Below, in pieces: positions 18,365 through 27,093 of a stretch of DNA of 32,000 nt. Positions within the stretch are counted from its first letter, which is position 1, and each line of letters opens with the position of its first letter. Position numbers and translations under genes: made by a program. This DNA is from Bacillota bacterium (GTDB lineage: Bacteria; Bacillota; DTU025; MWDF01): assembly GCA_029565935.1 (NCBI GenBank), contig JAKQNF010000036.1, positions 5,552 to 37,551 on the forward strand. The letters run 5' to 3'. Under the pieces are notes generated by a model. The model had not been told where the DNA came from, searched no databases, and was given only the letters and a program-made list of their open reading frames with translations.

Positions 18365-20041
18365 ATGATCTCCGGTCGGAAGCTGGCATATCCTCTTTCG
18401 CTGGTTTTGGTACTGCTCTTGGCCTTCTGCGTGAGCGCCTCGGCGCCGGTTTTCATGGATCCGAAGGACGTCAAGGCGGGCATGACCGGCTACGGGCTCA
18501 CTGTGTTCTGGGGGGACGAGCCGGAGACGTTCGACTTCTCCGTCATAGCGGTGACCAAGGGGGACACGAGTCTAGCGGACATGATACTCGTCAAGGTATC
18601 TGGACAGAAGATAGACGCGATAGGCGGCATAGCGGCCGGCATGAGCGGAAGTCCCTGCTACATAGGCGGGAAGCTCGTCGGGGCGCTGTCGCACGTACTG
18701 GAGGGCCCCGATCCTAAGATAGGCGTGGTGACTCCGATGAGCGTCATGGTGAGGCTCTTGGAGGCGGGCAAGCTGGCGGATTCCGCAAAGCCTTTCAAGG
18801 TCGCCGGCTGGGGCAGCTTCGTGCCGGTCGCCACTCCAGTGTGGGTGGGCGGGCTCGGTCCAAGGGCGCAAAAAGCCCTGGAGGCTTCTCTCGGCCTGAA
18901 GGGCTTCGCCTTAAGCCCCGCCATGGCGCTTGGCGCAGGTGGCATGGAAGATTCTAACGGGACGTTCGCCGCCGGCTCTTCGATCGCCGTACAGATGTGC
19001 AACGGAGACGTGGAGGCCGGGGCGATAGGCACTCTCACATGGACTGACGGGAGGAATTTCCTCGCATTCGGACATCCGATGCTTAACATCGGCTCGATCG
19101 AGATGCCGATGTCGAAATCGTCCGTGCTTGCCGTGCTGCCTTCGGACTCGTTCCCGTTCAAGCTGGGCACTTTCGGCAAGCCGGCCGCGGTCGTGACCGA
19201 GGACAGGACGTACGGGCTGGCCGGCGTGATAGGCAAAGACGCCAAGATGGCCGACGTCACGGTCAAGGCGAGCGACATGCAGACCGGACGCAGGAAGAGC
19301 GCGACCATAAGGTGCCTGCAGGACGAAAGGCTCATCTCGGAGCTCATAGGATCGGCCGTACTGTCGGTGATGGACGGCGTTACGATGAGGGTAGGGGAAG
19401 GCACCGTCTACCTGTCGGTGATAATAGAGGCGAAGCAGGGCAGCATCTTCAGGGAAGAGATGATCTGGTCCGGCTCCGACGTCGCCAATGAGGTAACCTC
19501 GGAGGTATCGGGCATGATATCGTTAATAGCCGGCAACGACGCCCAGGCCGCGGAGATCCTGAAGGTCCAGGTCAACGTCGACGTGGCGCCTTCCAGGATG
19601 ACGTCGGTGATCAAGGGGGTCACTCTGCCGGAGGGGGGCTTCGTGGCAGGGCAGACGCAGTCGATCGGCGTGGTCCTCAAGCCTTTCAGGGGGCAGGAAT
19701 ACACGAAGATGGTCGACATAGACCTTCCGGCTGACATCGGGCCGGGCCCCGTATCCGTGACCGTATACGGGGGCTCCTCCGAGGACGACGAAGGCTCCCT
19801 GGACATCGTGGACAAGGTGGGCGACGTGAGAGGCATCTCCCTGGAGGAGCTGCTTGGCAGGATAAGCACCGCCGACCAGAACAACGACCTCATCATAGAG
19901 ATATACAGCGACGCGGGCTCCTCGGAAGAGGACCTGCCGCCCGAGGACGGAGCTTACGAGCAGGAACCGCTCTACTCCGGAAGGATAGTTCTGCAGAGCA
20001 TAATACAAGGTTCGGCTGTCGAATACTCCGAAGTGCGGTAG
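18365..20041 (+). CDS. Secreted SpoIVB-like (peptidase S55 family) serine protease with an uncharacterised ~300-aa C-terminal region
   Basis: Signal peptide/anchor LSLVLVLLLAFCVSASA. GGIAAGMSGSPCYIGGKLVGALSHV (aa ~88-112) matches the SpoIVB catalytic-Ser motif. AIGTLTWTDGRNFLAFGHPM (aa ~220-239) matches the SpoIVB catalytic-His motif. Confidence 0.65.
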   Translation: MISGRKLAYPLSLVLVLLLAFCVSASAPVFMDPKDVKAGMTGYGLTVFWGDEPETFDFSVIAVTKGDTSLADMILVKVSGQKIDAIGGIAAGMSGSPCYIGGKLVGALSHVLEGPDPKIGVVTPMSVMVRLLEAGKLADSAKPFKVAGWGSFVPVATPVWVGGLGPRAQKALEASLGLKGFALSPAMALGAGGMEDSNGTFAAGSSIAVQMCNGDVEAGAIGTLTWTDGRNFLAFGHPMLNIGSIEMPMSKSSVLAVLPSDSFPFKLGTFGKPAAVVTEDRTYGLAGVIGKDAKMADVTVKASDMQTGRRKSATIRCLQDERLISELIGSAVLSVMDGVTMRVGEGTVYLSVIIEAKQGSIFREEMIWSGSDVANEVTSEVSGMISLIAGNDAQAAEILKVQVNVDVAPSRMTSVIKGVTLPEGGFVAGQTQSIGVVLKPFRGQEYTKMVDIDLPADIGPGPVSVTVYGGSSEDDEGSLDIVDKVGDVRGISLEELLGRISTADQNNDLIIEIYSDAGSSEEDLPPEDGAYEQEPLYSGRIVLQSIIQGSAVEYSEVR

Positions 20042-20173
20042 AATATAAAGGGCATGGCCGGGAACAGGCACGGGGCCTTGAGCGTTTCATTCATTAGTTG
20101 CGTCCGGGGCGTTTTGGTAATACGGGCTCTCACGACGGACTCCCACTCAGCTCGACCATCAGGAGGTAAGGTA

Positions 20174-21874
20174 ATGTTAAGTAACTGCAAGAGCAGGACG
20201 ATGATCTTGCTGACGCTGGCATTGGCGATCGCTTTGGCGGTCTCCGGCACTGCGTCGGCACAGTCGTACGGCCGCCTGGCCGGCATAGAGATCGAAGGCA
20301 ACAAGAAGCTCGACGCCGAATACATAAAGGGCCTGCTACCGCTGACCATAGGGATGGATCTGACGCAGGAGGCCCTCGACAAGGCGTTCGCCGCGTTGCA
20401 GGAAAGCGGCTACTTCGCCGACCTGGGGGCGCGCTCGCAGGTCTTCCTCGGAGGAATTAAGCTGATCGTGACGGTCTTGGAGTTCCCCGACCTCAAGGCT
20501 ATAAACATAGAGGGCAACACCCTTATGAGCGACGATGAGCTCCTTTCCAGGATGACGTCGCAGGTGGGCAAGATAATCAACGTCAACGCCCTGAAGAAGG
20601 ACCTGGACAGCATAATCCAGATCTACAAGGACAAGGGCTACGTGGCTAGCATAGAACCCGAGATAGGCATGGACGGCATCGTGCTGGTCAAGATGACCGA
20701 ATGGAAGGTCGGCTCGATACTGATCTCCGGCAACGACAAGACCAAGGAGCAGATCATAAGGCGCAGCATCAAGCTCGCGGAGGGCGACTTCATAGACAGC
20801 AAGGTCATAACCGACGACAGCCGCAGGATATACAACACGGGCATCTTCGACGAGGTCGGAGTGGAGCTCGAACCTCGCGAAGAGGGCGCCTACGCCGACG
20901 TGAAGTACGTGGTCAAGGAGAGCCAGACGGGCCTTTTCAACGTCGGCGCGACGTACAACTCTACTGAAGGGCTGATCGGCTACCTGGAGATCTCCGACAA
21001 GAACGTCTTCGGCTACGGCATCAAAGTATCCGGCAAGCTAGAGGCCGGAGGCAAGGAGAAGCTGGTCACCGGCGAGTTCAGCGTATCTACGCCGTATCTG
21101 TTCACTGACAAGTTGGAAGGCGGTCTCGAGTTCTACAGGCGCATGTCCAACAAGAAGATCGAACTCCCGCCGGACGGCGAGGAGGGGGACGTCGCCTACA
21201 AGCAATACAGGACCGGCGGTAGCATCTGGCTTGGCTACAACTTCGACCTGTACACTAAGGCGGGCGCATCTTTCAGGCTGGATTTCCTGCAGAACTCTGC
21301 CGAGACGCCGGATCCCGCAGTGCCGGAGGATTCCTCTACGAGGAGCATAACGCTTTCGCTGACGAGGGACACCAGGGACGATTTCATAAGCCCCACCAAG
21401 GGCTACACCGTGTACGCTTCGAGCGAATTCGCCGGAGGGATACTGGGCGGAGACGACAACTTCACGAAGCTGTACGCCCAGACAACGGGCTATTACGAAT
21501 TCAAGGACGGGCATGTCATAGCCGGAAGGCTCGGCATAGGCGGGGGCTTCCCCACTTTGCCTGAACATGCGAAGTACCTGCTCGGCGGCGGCACCAACAT
21601 GAGAGGCCTTAAGGAGCCCATAGCGGGCGACTACATAGTGTTCGCCAATGCGGAGTACAGGTTCAGGATCTATCAGGACATAGTGGGCGGCGTCGTGTTC
21701 TTCGACATGGGCGAAGCTTGGAACAAGGGCGAGAGCTTCACCTGGAACGGGCTCAAATACGGCGTGGGCATCGGGGCTAGGGTGACGATCCCGATGCTAG
21801 GGATGCTGAGGCTGGACTACGGTATCTCCAACGGGCAGGGCCGGGTGTATTTCGGCTTCGGTCATACGTTCTAG
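20174..21874 (+). CDS. bamA: Outer membrane protein assembly factor BamA (Omp85), apparently 3 POTRA domains plus a beta-barrel
   Basis: AGGAGG (20161-20166) precedes ATG 20174. Signal peptide MILLTLALAIALAVSGTASAQ. POTRA-like IEIEGNKKL..., INIEGNTLMSDDEL..., ILISGNDKTKEQIIRR.... Barrel with RGL/GGxxxxRG region (LLGGGTNMRGL) and a C-terminal beta-signal ...RVYFGFGHTF. The track's 20054 start adds 40 non-signal residues with no SD. Confidence 0.88.
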   Translation: MLSNCKSRTMILLTLALAIALAVSGTASAQSYGRLAGIEIEGNKKLDAEYIKGLLPLTIGMDLTQEALDKAFAALQESGYFADLGARSQVFLGGIKLIVTVLEFPDLKAINIEGNTLMSDDELLSRMTSQVGKIINVNALKKDLDSIIQIYKDKGYVASIEPEIGMDGIVLVKMTEWKVGSILISGNDKTKEQIIRRSIKLAEGDFIDSKVITDDSRRIYNTGIFDEVGVELEPREEGAYADVKYVVKESQTGLFNVGATYNSTEGLIGYLEISDKNVFGYGIKVSGKLEAGGKEKLVTGEFSVSTPYLFTDKLEGGLEFYRRMSNKKIELPPDGEEGDVAYKQYRTGGSIWLGYNFDLYTKAGASFRLDFLQNSAETPDPAVPEDSSTRSITLSLTRDTRDDFISPTKGYTVYASSEFAGGILGGDDNFTKLYAQTTGYYEFKDGHVIAGRLGIGGGFPTLPEHAKYLLGGGTNMRGLKEPIAGDYIVFANAEYRFRIYQDIVGGVVFFDMGEAWNKGESFTWNGLKYGVGIGARVTIPMLGMLRLDYGISNGQGRVYFGFGHTF

Positions 21875-21885
21875 TATATAAGTGA

Positions 21886-21915
21886 ATGACAACTTGCGAA
21901 GTTAAGAATTATAAT
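21886..21915 (+). promoter_or_regulatory. Sigma70-like promoter candidate upstream of skp
   Basis: ATGACA (21886-21891), 18-nt spacer, TATAAT (21910-21915), in an AT-rich 89-bp gap. A 7-bp inverted repeat TGACAAC (21887-21893) / GTTGTCA (21923-21929) brackets the -10. Confidence 0.4.
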
Positions 21916-21963
21916 GATATTTGTTGTCAATGAACAAATGAATGAGAGGTAGGTCAATCCCAG

Positions 21964-22422
21964 ATGAAGAACCTTTTTAGGAACACCACGGCAGTAATCA
22001 TAGCGATAGCGCTCATTGCGATCGCAGCCACCATCAGCAACCTTACTACCGGCAAGGCAGGGGCGGCCCCGGATTACGCCGTGATCGGGCATATCGACAC
22101 GGACAAGCTCAACTCGGAGTTCCCCGCCCTAAAGACCGCATGGGAGGCGGTAGCGGTAAAGAAGGCCGAGCTTGAGAAGGACCTCAACAAGAAGGCAGAG
22201 GGCCAGGACCAGGACACCAAGACCAAGCTCGTAGAGCAGTACAACACGACCTACAACGACTACGCCAAGAAGACCCTGGATCCTGCGTACGCCAAGCTCG
22301 AAGAGGCTGTCAAGGCGGTTGCCAAGGACAAGGGAGTGACCGTGATCCTCAATAGTTCGATAGTCATAGAAGGCGGCATCGACATGACGGCCGCGGTACT
22401 CCAGAAGGGCGGGGCGAAGTAA
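21964..22422 (+). CDS. skp: Periplasmic chaperone Skp/OmpH family
   Basis: 152 aa. N-terminal hydrophobic signal, then a Lys/Glu-rich helical arm (KKAELEKDLNKKAEGQDQDTKTKLVEQYN). Closes with AVKAVAKDKGVTVILNSS, typical of OmpH. Lies directly after bamA. Confidence 0.78.
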   Translation: MKNLFRNTTAVIIAIALIAIAATISNLTTGKAGAAPDYAVIGHIDTDKLNSEFPALKTAWEAVAVKKAELEKDLNKKAEGQDQDTKTKLVEQYNTTYNDYAKKTLDPAYAKLEEAVKAVAKDKGVTVILNSSIVIEGGIDMTAAVLQKGGAK

Positions 22423-22441
22423 GGCCCTGCGAGAGACCTTT

Positions 22442-22469
22442 GAGGGGCGCACGATTGCGCCCCTCTATT
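22442..22469 (+). terminator. Hairpin terminator candidate after skp
   Basis: Perfect 10-bp stem GAGGGGCGCA (22442-22451) / TGCGCCCCTC (22456-22465) with a 4-nt loop, followed by TATT (short U-tract). Confidence 0.5.
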
Positions 22470-22491
22470 CACATGAAAGGCAGTTGCCCAG

Positions 22492-25400
22492 ATGAGGAAG
22501 CTTGACCGGTATGTGATGCGGGAATTTCTCGGACCTTTCCTTGCAGCGATAACCGCATTCATAGTCATATCGCTCAGCGTCCAGCTGTTCTGGCTGGCGG
22601 AGATGGTCGTTGTCAAGCACACCCCCCTCGCCACGGTGCTCAAGCTCATAATGTTCAACATGCCCGCGGCCATCGTCCAGGTGCTGCCATTCGCCACACT
22701 CTTCGGGGTGCTCCTCAGCCTAGGCAGGCTCAGCCGCGACAGCGAGCTTTCCATAATGAGGGCGGCCGGACTGAGGCTTTCCAGGATATCCCTTCCGCTC
22801 ATCATCCTATCTATATTCATAAGCCTGTTCGGCTTCTACATGGGCGACCAGGTCGCTCCCAAGGCCAATCTCGAATCCAGGAACATAGTGAACAAGATGA
22901 TACTCGGAGAGAGCATACCCAGCATCGACAACAACGTGTTCTTCCGGGGGCCCGACAATAAGTTCTTCTACATAGGGCGCATAAGCGAGGACAGGGCCAC
23001 CGTCCAGGACGTGATGATCTACGACATCGGATACGGGAAGTACCCCCAGCTGATAACCGCCTCCAAGGGCAGGGCGGATTCCGGGACCTGGGTCTTCGAG
23101 GACGGCAACATACACGAATGCGGCCAGGACGGCAGGGTGGCCTCGACGGCCCATTTCGACGTCCTCGAGATAAAGATGGAAAGGGCCGTAACGGACTACA
23201 CAAACTCCGGCAGGACCACGTCCGAGATGTCCATGAAGGAGCTTAAGGACAGCATCGACCTCTTCTCCAAGAGCGGGATAAGGGCCAAGAACCTGCTGAT
23301 CGACTACTACTTGAAGATGGCCCAGCCGCTCTCCTCCCTGATCTTCGCCATGCTCGCCGTGCCTCTTGCCGTAAGGAGCCCCAGGAAAGGCGGCGCCGTC
23401 TACAGCATCGGTGCGGGCATCGGGATAATAACCCTGTACTTCATATTCGAATCCGTGGTGAGATCGTACGGCATGCTGCAGGCGACCAGGATACAGCCCT
23501 GGCTTGCCGCATGGTCCGCGGACATAATATTCCTTGCCGCGGCCCTAATCCTGTTGTTGAAGGCCGACGCGAGGAAGATGGGCAAAAGGGCCAAAACACG
23601 CAAAGGGCCCGCCGCACTGTCACTGATGGTACTTGCGGCCATCCTCCTCATCATGCCAGGCACTTCGTCCGCCGCGGGGACGGCAGTGAAGGTGAGCGCC
23701 CAGAGGCTCTTCTACGACGGTGGCGACGTCTGGAGGGCCGAGGGAGGCGTGACGATATCCTTCGACGATGTGACCATCACCGCCGGAAACGCCGCAATAG
23801 ACGTGGTTACGGGCCTTGCCGAGCTTGGCGGGCTTGTCACCGTCACGACCAAGGAAAGCGAAGTGTCTGCGGTAAGCGCCACATGCAATATCAAGACGAA
23901 ACAGATATCGTTCGATACCTTCGAAGGCAGGGTGAGCGACGAGCGGGTCAAGGGCTACATATACATCAGCGGCGAGAAGTTCGTCGAGGACGACGGATCG
24001 TACAAGCTCACGGGAGGATACCTAACCACTTGCGACCTTCCCCAGCCTCATTACAGGATCGAGGCCGAGAGCATCGAGTTTACGAACGAAGACTACATAA
24101 TCGCAAGGAACGTATCCTACTTCGAGGCCAACCTGAGGCTGTTCAAGCTGCCGTACCTTAGCATCCCCCTTAGGGAGGAGGACAGGATGATCCTCCCCGA
24201 GTTCGGCTGGAGCAGCGGCGACGGGGTCTACGTCAAGACGACCATGAAGAGGAAGCTTAACGACGCGAACAGGCTGACCATAAGGCTGGACCTGTTCCAG
24301 ATAAGCGGGCTGGGCGCCGGCGTGCGCCACGACTACACCATCGAAGGGATAGGAGACGGTTACTACAGCCTTTACGGAGTAAAGAGCTTCTTCGACCCTT
24401 CCGCGTCCTGGACCGCGGAGGTATCGCAATCGGTGAGCCTGCCGCTGGAGGTCAAGGCCGACGTGAAGTACTCGGTAAAGGGCACCGTCGACAAGCTCGG
24501 CAATTTCCGCGACGACCAATATACGGAGCTCAAGCTCTCAAGGAACGCCAAGGACGACAAGACCTCGGCATCGGTATCCTACAGATTCAGCGGCACTAAC
24601 GAGGACTCCTCGACGCTGAACCTTTCCGCCACCCACTCATCTACCTTGGCGGAAGGGTTCAAGCTGAGCGGCAACGTAAATTACAGAAAGATAGTCCTGG
24701 ATGGCACTCTTAAGCAGGAGTACTTGAACTACAAGGCCACGCTGGTGCACACCGGCCAGGACGGCAAGCTTACCATAAACTTACAGGCCGCGGACACGAT
24801 GGACGAGAAGCAGGAAGTCGTCCTTTCCTCGCTAAAAAGGCTTCCCGAGATGCAGATCGACATGTTCAGGATCAAGCTTGGCAGCCTTCCTGCCGGGATT
24901 ACGGCCAAGTTCCTCGCCGGCAGGTACGTCGAGAGGATACTGAACACTACCCCGACGGAATACCTCGACGCCGTGAAGGGCGAGGCCCAGGCGGACCTTT
25001 CGTTGGACAGGGTCGACCTTTGGGGCTACGGGTCTTTCGACCTCGGAGGGAGCTTCATAGGCAGCCTCTACTCGACTGGCGACGCCAGGGCCTACCTGAG
25101 CGCTTCGACCTCCCTTACGGTAAAGCCGGTGAGCGGCTGGGACATAAAGCTCTCATATGATTATTCGAAGAAATTCGGCCTGTCACCGTACAGGTTCGAT
25201 TCCTTGAGCGACAGGAACAAAATATCGGCATCGACATCGGCTTCTTTCTACGGCTTCAGGCTCACCGCTTCCACCGGATACGACTTCGTGAAGGCCGCGT
25301 TCGACCCATTCACCGCGGTGGCGGCGTACAGCTACCAGGACAAGTACCAGGCGGACCTCACGATGAGGTTCGCACTGCCGGATTTCTCCTTGTCGTACGT

Positions 25401-25731
25401 GCTCGGAAGGGTGACGGTCAAGCCGACCGAGGACATCAACCTCAAGTTCGGCCTCGAGTACAGCGGCACCCTCAAGAAGCTGAGCAAGGTGGAGACCAGC
25501 GGGGATGTCAGGTTCCTCAAGGAATGGCGGGTGGCATGGGCGGCGATATACGATATCGCGAGAGAGGGCCTCAGGAAGGCCGACATCGCGGTTACGAAGG
25601 ACCTGCACTGCAGGGAGATCACGGCAGGGTATCAGATCGTCGAGCAGAGGTTCTTCGTGAACTTGAAATTCAAGGCGTTCCCTGACGTTCCTATAGGCAT
25701 AGGGACGGACGAATGGACCCTTTTCAAGTGA
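22492..25731 (+). CDS. Single ORF encoding a complete LptF/LptG-family LPS-export permease (22492-23577) fused in frame to a complete LptD/OstA outer-membrane protein (23578-25731)
   Basis: N-terminal MRKLDRYVMREFLGPFLAAITAFIVI..., six TM helices and a periplasmic insert between TM3 and TM4 (YjgP/YjgQ architecture), ending ...IIFLAAALILLLKADARK. Then MGKRAKTRKGPAALSLMVLAAILLIMPGTSSAAG (signal peptide). Then an OstA-like jellyroll (VKVSAQRLFYDGGDVWRAEGGVTISFDDVTITAGNAAID). Then the LptD-like YLTTCDLPQPHYRIEAESIEF...LFKLPYLSIPL and a long beta-strand region ending RFFVNLKFKAF. The track and my reading both show no stop in 1079 codons. Confidence 0.85.
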   Translation: MRKLDRYVMREFLGPFLAAITAFIVISLSVQLFWLAEMVVVKHTPLATVLKLIMFNMPAAIVQVLPFATLFGVLLSLGRLSRDSELSIMRAAGLRLSRISLPLIILSIFISLFGFYMGDQVAPKANLESRNIVNKMILGESIPSIDNNVFFRGPDNKFFYIGRISEDRATVQDVMIYDIGYGKYPQLITASKGRADSGTWVFEDGNIHECGQDGRVASTAHFDVLEIKMERAVTDYTNSGRTTSEMSMKELKDSIDLFSKSGIRAKNLLIDYYLKMAQPLSSLIFAMLAVPLAVRSPRKGGAVYSIGAGIGIITLYFIFESVVRSYGMLQATRIQPWLAAWSADIIFLAAALILLLKADARKMGKRAKTRKGPAALSLMVLAAILLIMPGTSSAAGTAVKVSAQRLFYDGGDVWRAEGGVTISFDDVTITAGNAAIDVVTGLAELGGLVTVTTKESEVSAVSATCNIKTKQISFDTFEGRVSDERVKGYIYISGEKFVEDDGSYKLTGGYLTTCDLPQPHYRIEAESIEFTNEDYIIARNVSYFEANLRLFKLPYLSIPLREEDRMILPEFGWSSGDGVYVKTTMKRKLNDANRLTIRLDLFQISGLGAGVRHDYTIEGIGDGYYSLYGVKSFFDPSASWTAEVSQSVSLPLEVKADVKYSVKGTVDKLGNFRDDQYTELKLSRNAKDDKTSASVSYRFSGTNEDSSTLNLSATHSSTLAEGFKLSGNVNYRKIVLDGTLKQEYLNYKATLVHTGQDGKLTINLQAADTMDEKQEVVLSSLKRLPEMQIDMFRIKLGSLPAGITAKFLAGRYVERILNTTPTEYLDAVKGEAQADLSLDRVDLWGYGSFDLGGSFIGSLYSTGDARAYLSASTSLTVKPVSGWDIKLSYDYSKKFGLSPYRFDSLSDRNKISASTSASFYGFRLTASTGYDFVKAAFDPFTAVAAYSYQDKYQADLTMRFALPDFSLSYVLGRVTVKPTEDINLKFGLEYSGTLKKLSKVETSGDVRFLKEWRVAWAAIYDIAREGLRKADIAVTKDLHCREITAGYQIVEQRFFVNLKFKAFPDVPIGIGTDEWTLFK
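23578..23676 (+). other. Embedded Sec-type signal peptide (or 7th TM helix) at the LptF/G-LptD junction
   Basis: An in-frame ATG at 23578 opens a basic n-region (KRAKTRK), an h-region (AALSLMVLAAILLIM) and a c-region (PGTSSAA|G). GAGGAAG lies immediately upstream. The codon before the ATG is AAG, one substitution from TAG. Confidence 0.7.
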
Positions 25732-25754
25732 CGGGAACGAAAGGAGACATCTAG

Positions 25755-26396
25755 TTGAACCTCAGGACGGGGCTGGTCATATTCCTCGTTTTGGCCCTTG
25801 CGACTGCGGCCGTATACTACTACGGCTTCGTGGCTCCTGAGCCCGAGGCCGCAAAGGTGCAGGCGCCAGAGGACAAGGACGCGCCCGAGGTGCTGATCAA
25901 GGGGCTTTCGATGTCCAGCTGGACGGACGGGGAGAAAGTCTGGGAGATGGAGGTCGAGAGGATGGAACTGCCCAGGTTCGGCAGGAACACCGTGCTCTAC
26001 GACATAACCGATGGCACTATCTTCCGCGACAAGGGCCCTTATCTGGGATTCAGCGCGGGTATGGCGAAGGTCGACGGCAGGAACAGGATGGAGTTCTCAG
26101 GGGGCGTCGTCGTCGACTCTGAAGGTAAAACGCTCATGGCTGCAGAATCAATGTCTTGGGATCCTGCGACGCAGAAGGTGACGGTGCCCGGAGAAGCCAA
26201 GATAACGGCGGACGGAAGCACGGTCCTGGCGAAGAACCTTATCGTGGACCTCAATGACGAATACATATACACGACCGGGGAGATCATAGCCCAGCAGGGC
26301 GACAACATAAGGATTACCGCAGGCAACATGAAGTATTCGGTGACGAGGCGCGAGATGGAGATAATCGGCCCCTCGAAGATCGTCATCGACCTATAG
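25755..26396 (+). CDS. lptC: LptC-like inner-membrane-anchored LPS transport protein
   Basis: 213 aa. N-terminal TM anchor (GLVIFLVLALATAAVYYYGF) followed by OstA-like beta repeats. Sits directly upstream of lptA-lptB as in the canonical lptCAB order. TTG start with AAGGAG 8 nt upstream. Confidence 0.6.
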   Translation: MNLRTGLVIFLVLALATAAVYYYGFVAPEPEAAKVQAPEDKDAPEVLIKGLSMSSWTDGEKVWEMEVERMELPRFGRNTVLYDITDGTIFRDKGPYLGFSAGMAKVDGRNRMEFSGGVVVDSEGKTLMAAESMSWDPATQKVTVPGEAKITADGSTVLAKNLIVDLNDEYIYTTGEIIAQQGDNIRITAGNMKYSVTRREMEIIGPSKIVIDL

Positions 26397-26408
26397 GGAA
26401 GGTGTGCA

Positions 26409-27077
26409 ATGATGTCTAGGACCTTGATCAGGCTGATGTCCGTGGCGATGCTCGCCGCAATAGTGCTGGCGGCAGGTACCGTATCGGCCGCGAAGCAAGT
26501 GACCATCACCGCGACGCGCAAGCTGAACTACCAGGGCGCCAAGGGCGACGCCATGGTGGAGGGCAACGTGCGGATAGAGTACGGCTCGACCATCATAAAC
26601 GCCGAGAAGGTGCTCTTCAACAGCGACACGAAGACCGCTAAGGTGGACGGCGGAGTCCGGATCGCCCAGGACAACATAGTGATAACGGCCGACAAGATGG
26701 ACGCCGATTTCAAGAACGACAAGGTGAAGGTCAGCGGCAACGTGAAGCTTGAGCTCACCGAGACGCTCACTGAGATGGACGAGGCCGGCAAGCCCAAGAA
26801 GGACGTGGTGGTGCTGCTGACGTCCAGCATGGAGATAGACATCAACACCAACGACTTCAAGGCCACGGGCGGTGTCACGATAACAAAGAATAAGCAGAAG
26901 GTCCAGGCGGGCGAGGCGGCGTACGTCGACGCCGAGAAGAAGATGACCCTGATCACAGGCGTGATGATAGAGACCGAGGATGGGGACACCGTCAAGTCCG
27001 AAAAGGCGGTAGTATACACCGACAAGGAAGCCTTCGAGGCAGAGGGCGAGAAGATAGAGATCAACTTTACGGTCTAG
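26409..27077 (+). CDS. lptA: LptA/OstA-family periplasmic LPS transport protein
   Basis: Signal peptide LMSVAMLAAIVLAAGTVSAA. Repeated OstA pattern (AMVEGNVRIEYGSTIINAEKVLFNSDT..AKVDGGVRIAQDNIVITADKMDADF..VKVSGNVKL; GGVTITKNKQKVQAGEAAYVD). Confidence 0.78.
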   Translation: MMSRTLIRLMSVAMLAAIVLAAGTVSAAKQVTITATRKLNYQGAKGDAMVEGNVRIEYGSTIINAEKVLFNSDTKTAKVDGGVRIAQDNIVITADKMDADFKNDKVKVSGNVKLELTETLTEMDEAGKPKKDVVVLLTSSMEIDINTNDFKATGGVTITKNKQKVQAGEAAYVDAEKKMTLITGVMIETEDGDTVKSEKAVVYTDKEAFEAEGEKIEINFTV

Positions 27078-27093
27078 GCAGGCGGGGGAAGGA

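Noticed and set aside
17580-18483. Two overlapping minus-strand ORFs (269 aa and 259 aa)
   Set aside because: Both are antisense to murA and the S55 protease start. murA is unambiguous, so these are shadow ORFs.
20042-20173. 132-bp gap between the S55 protease gene and bamA, inspected for a terminator, sRNA or riboswitch
   Set aside because: I could find only imperfect GC-rich pairings, with no clean stem plus U-tract and no motif I recognise. I left it unannotated.
21887-21929. 7-bp inverted repeat TGACAAC...GTTGTCA bracketing the putative skp promoter, considered as an operator
   Set aside because: The arms are short, the spacer is 29 nt, and the segment is AT-rich. A chance occurrence is plausible and I recognise no known operator consensus, so I mention it only as a note on the promoter feature.
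23511-24161. 216-aa + strand alternative-frame ORF (Arg/Gly-rich) inside the LptF/G-LptD gene
   Set aside because: It has a highly biased Arg/Gly/His composition, no SD, and overlaps a frame with clear LptD motifs. I treat it as an out-of-frame artefact.
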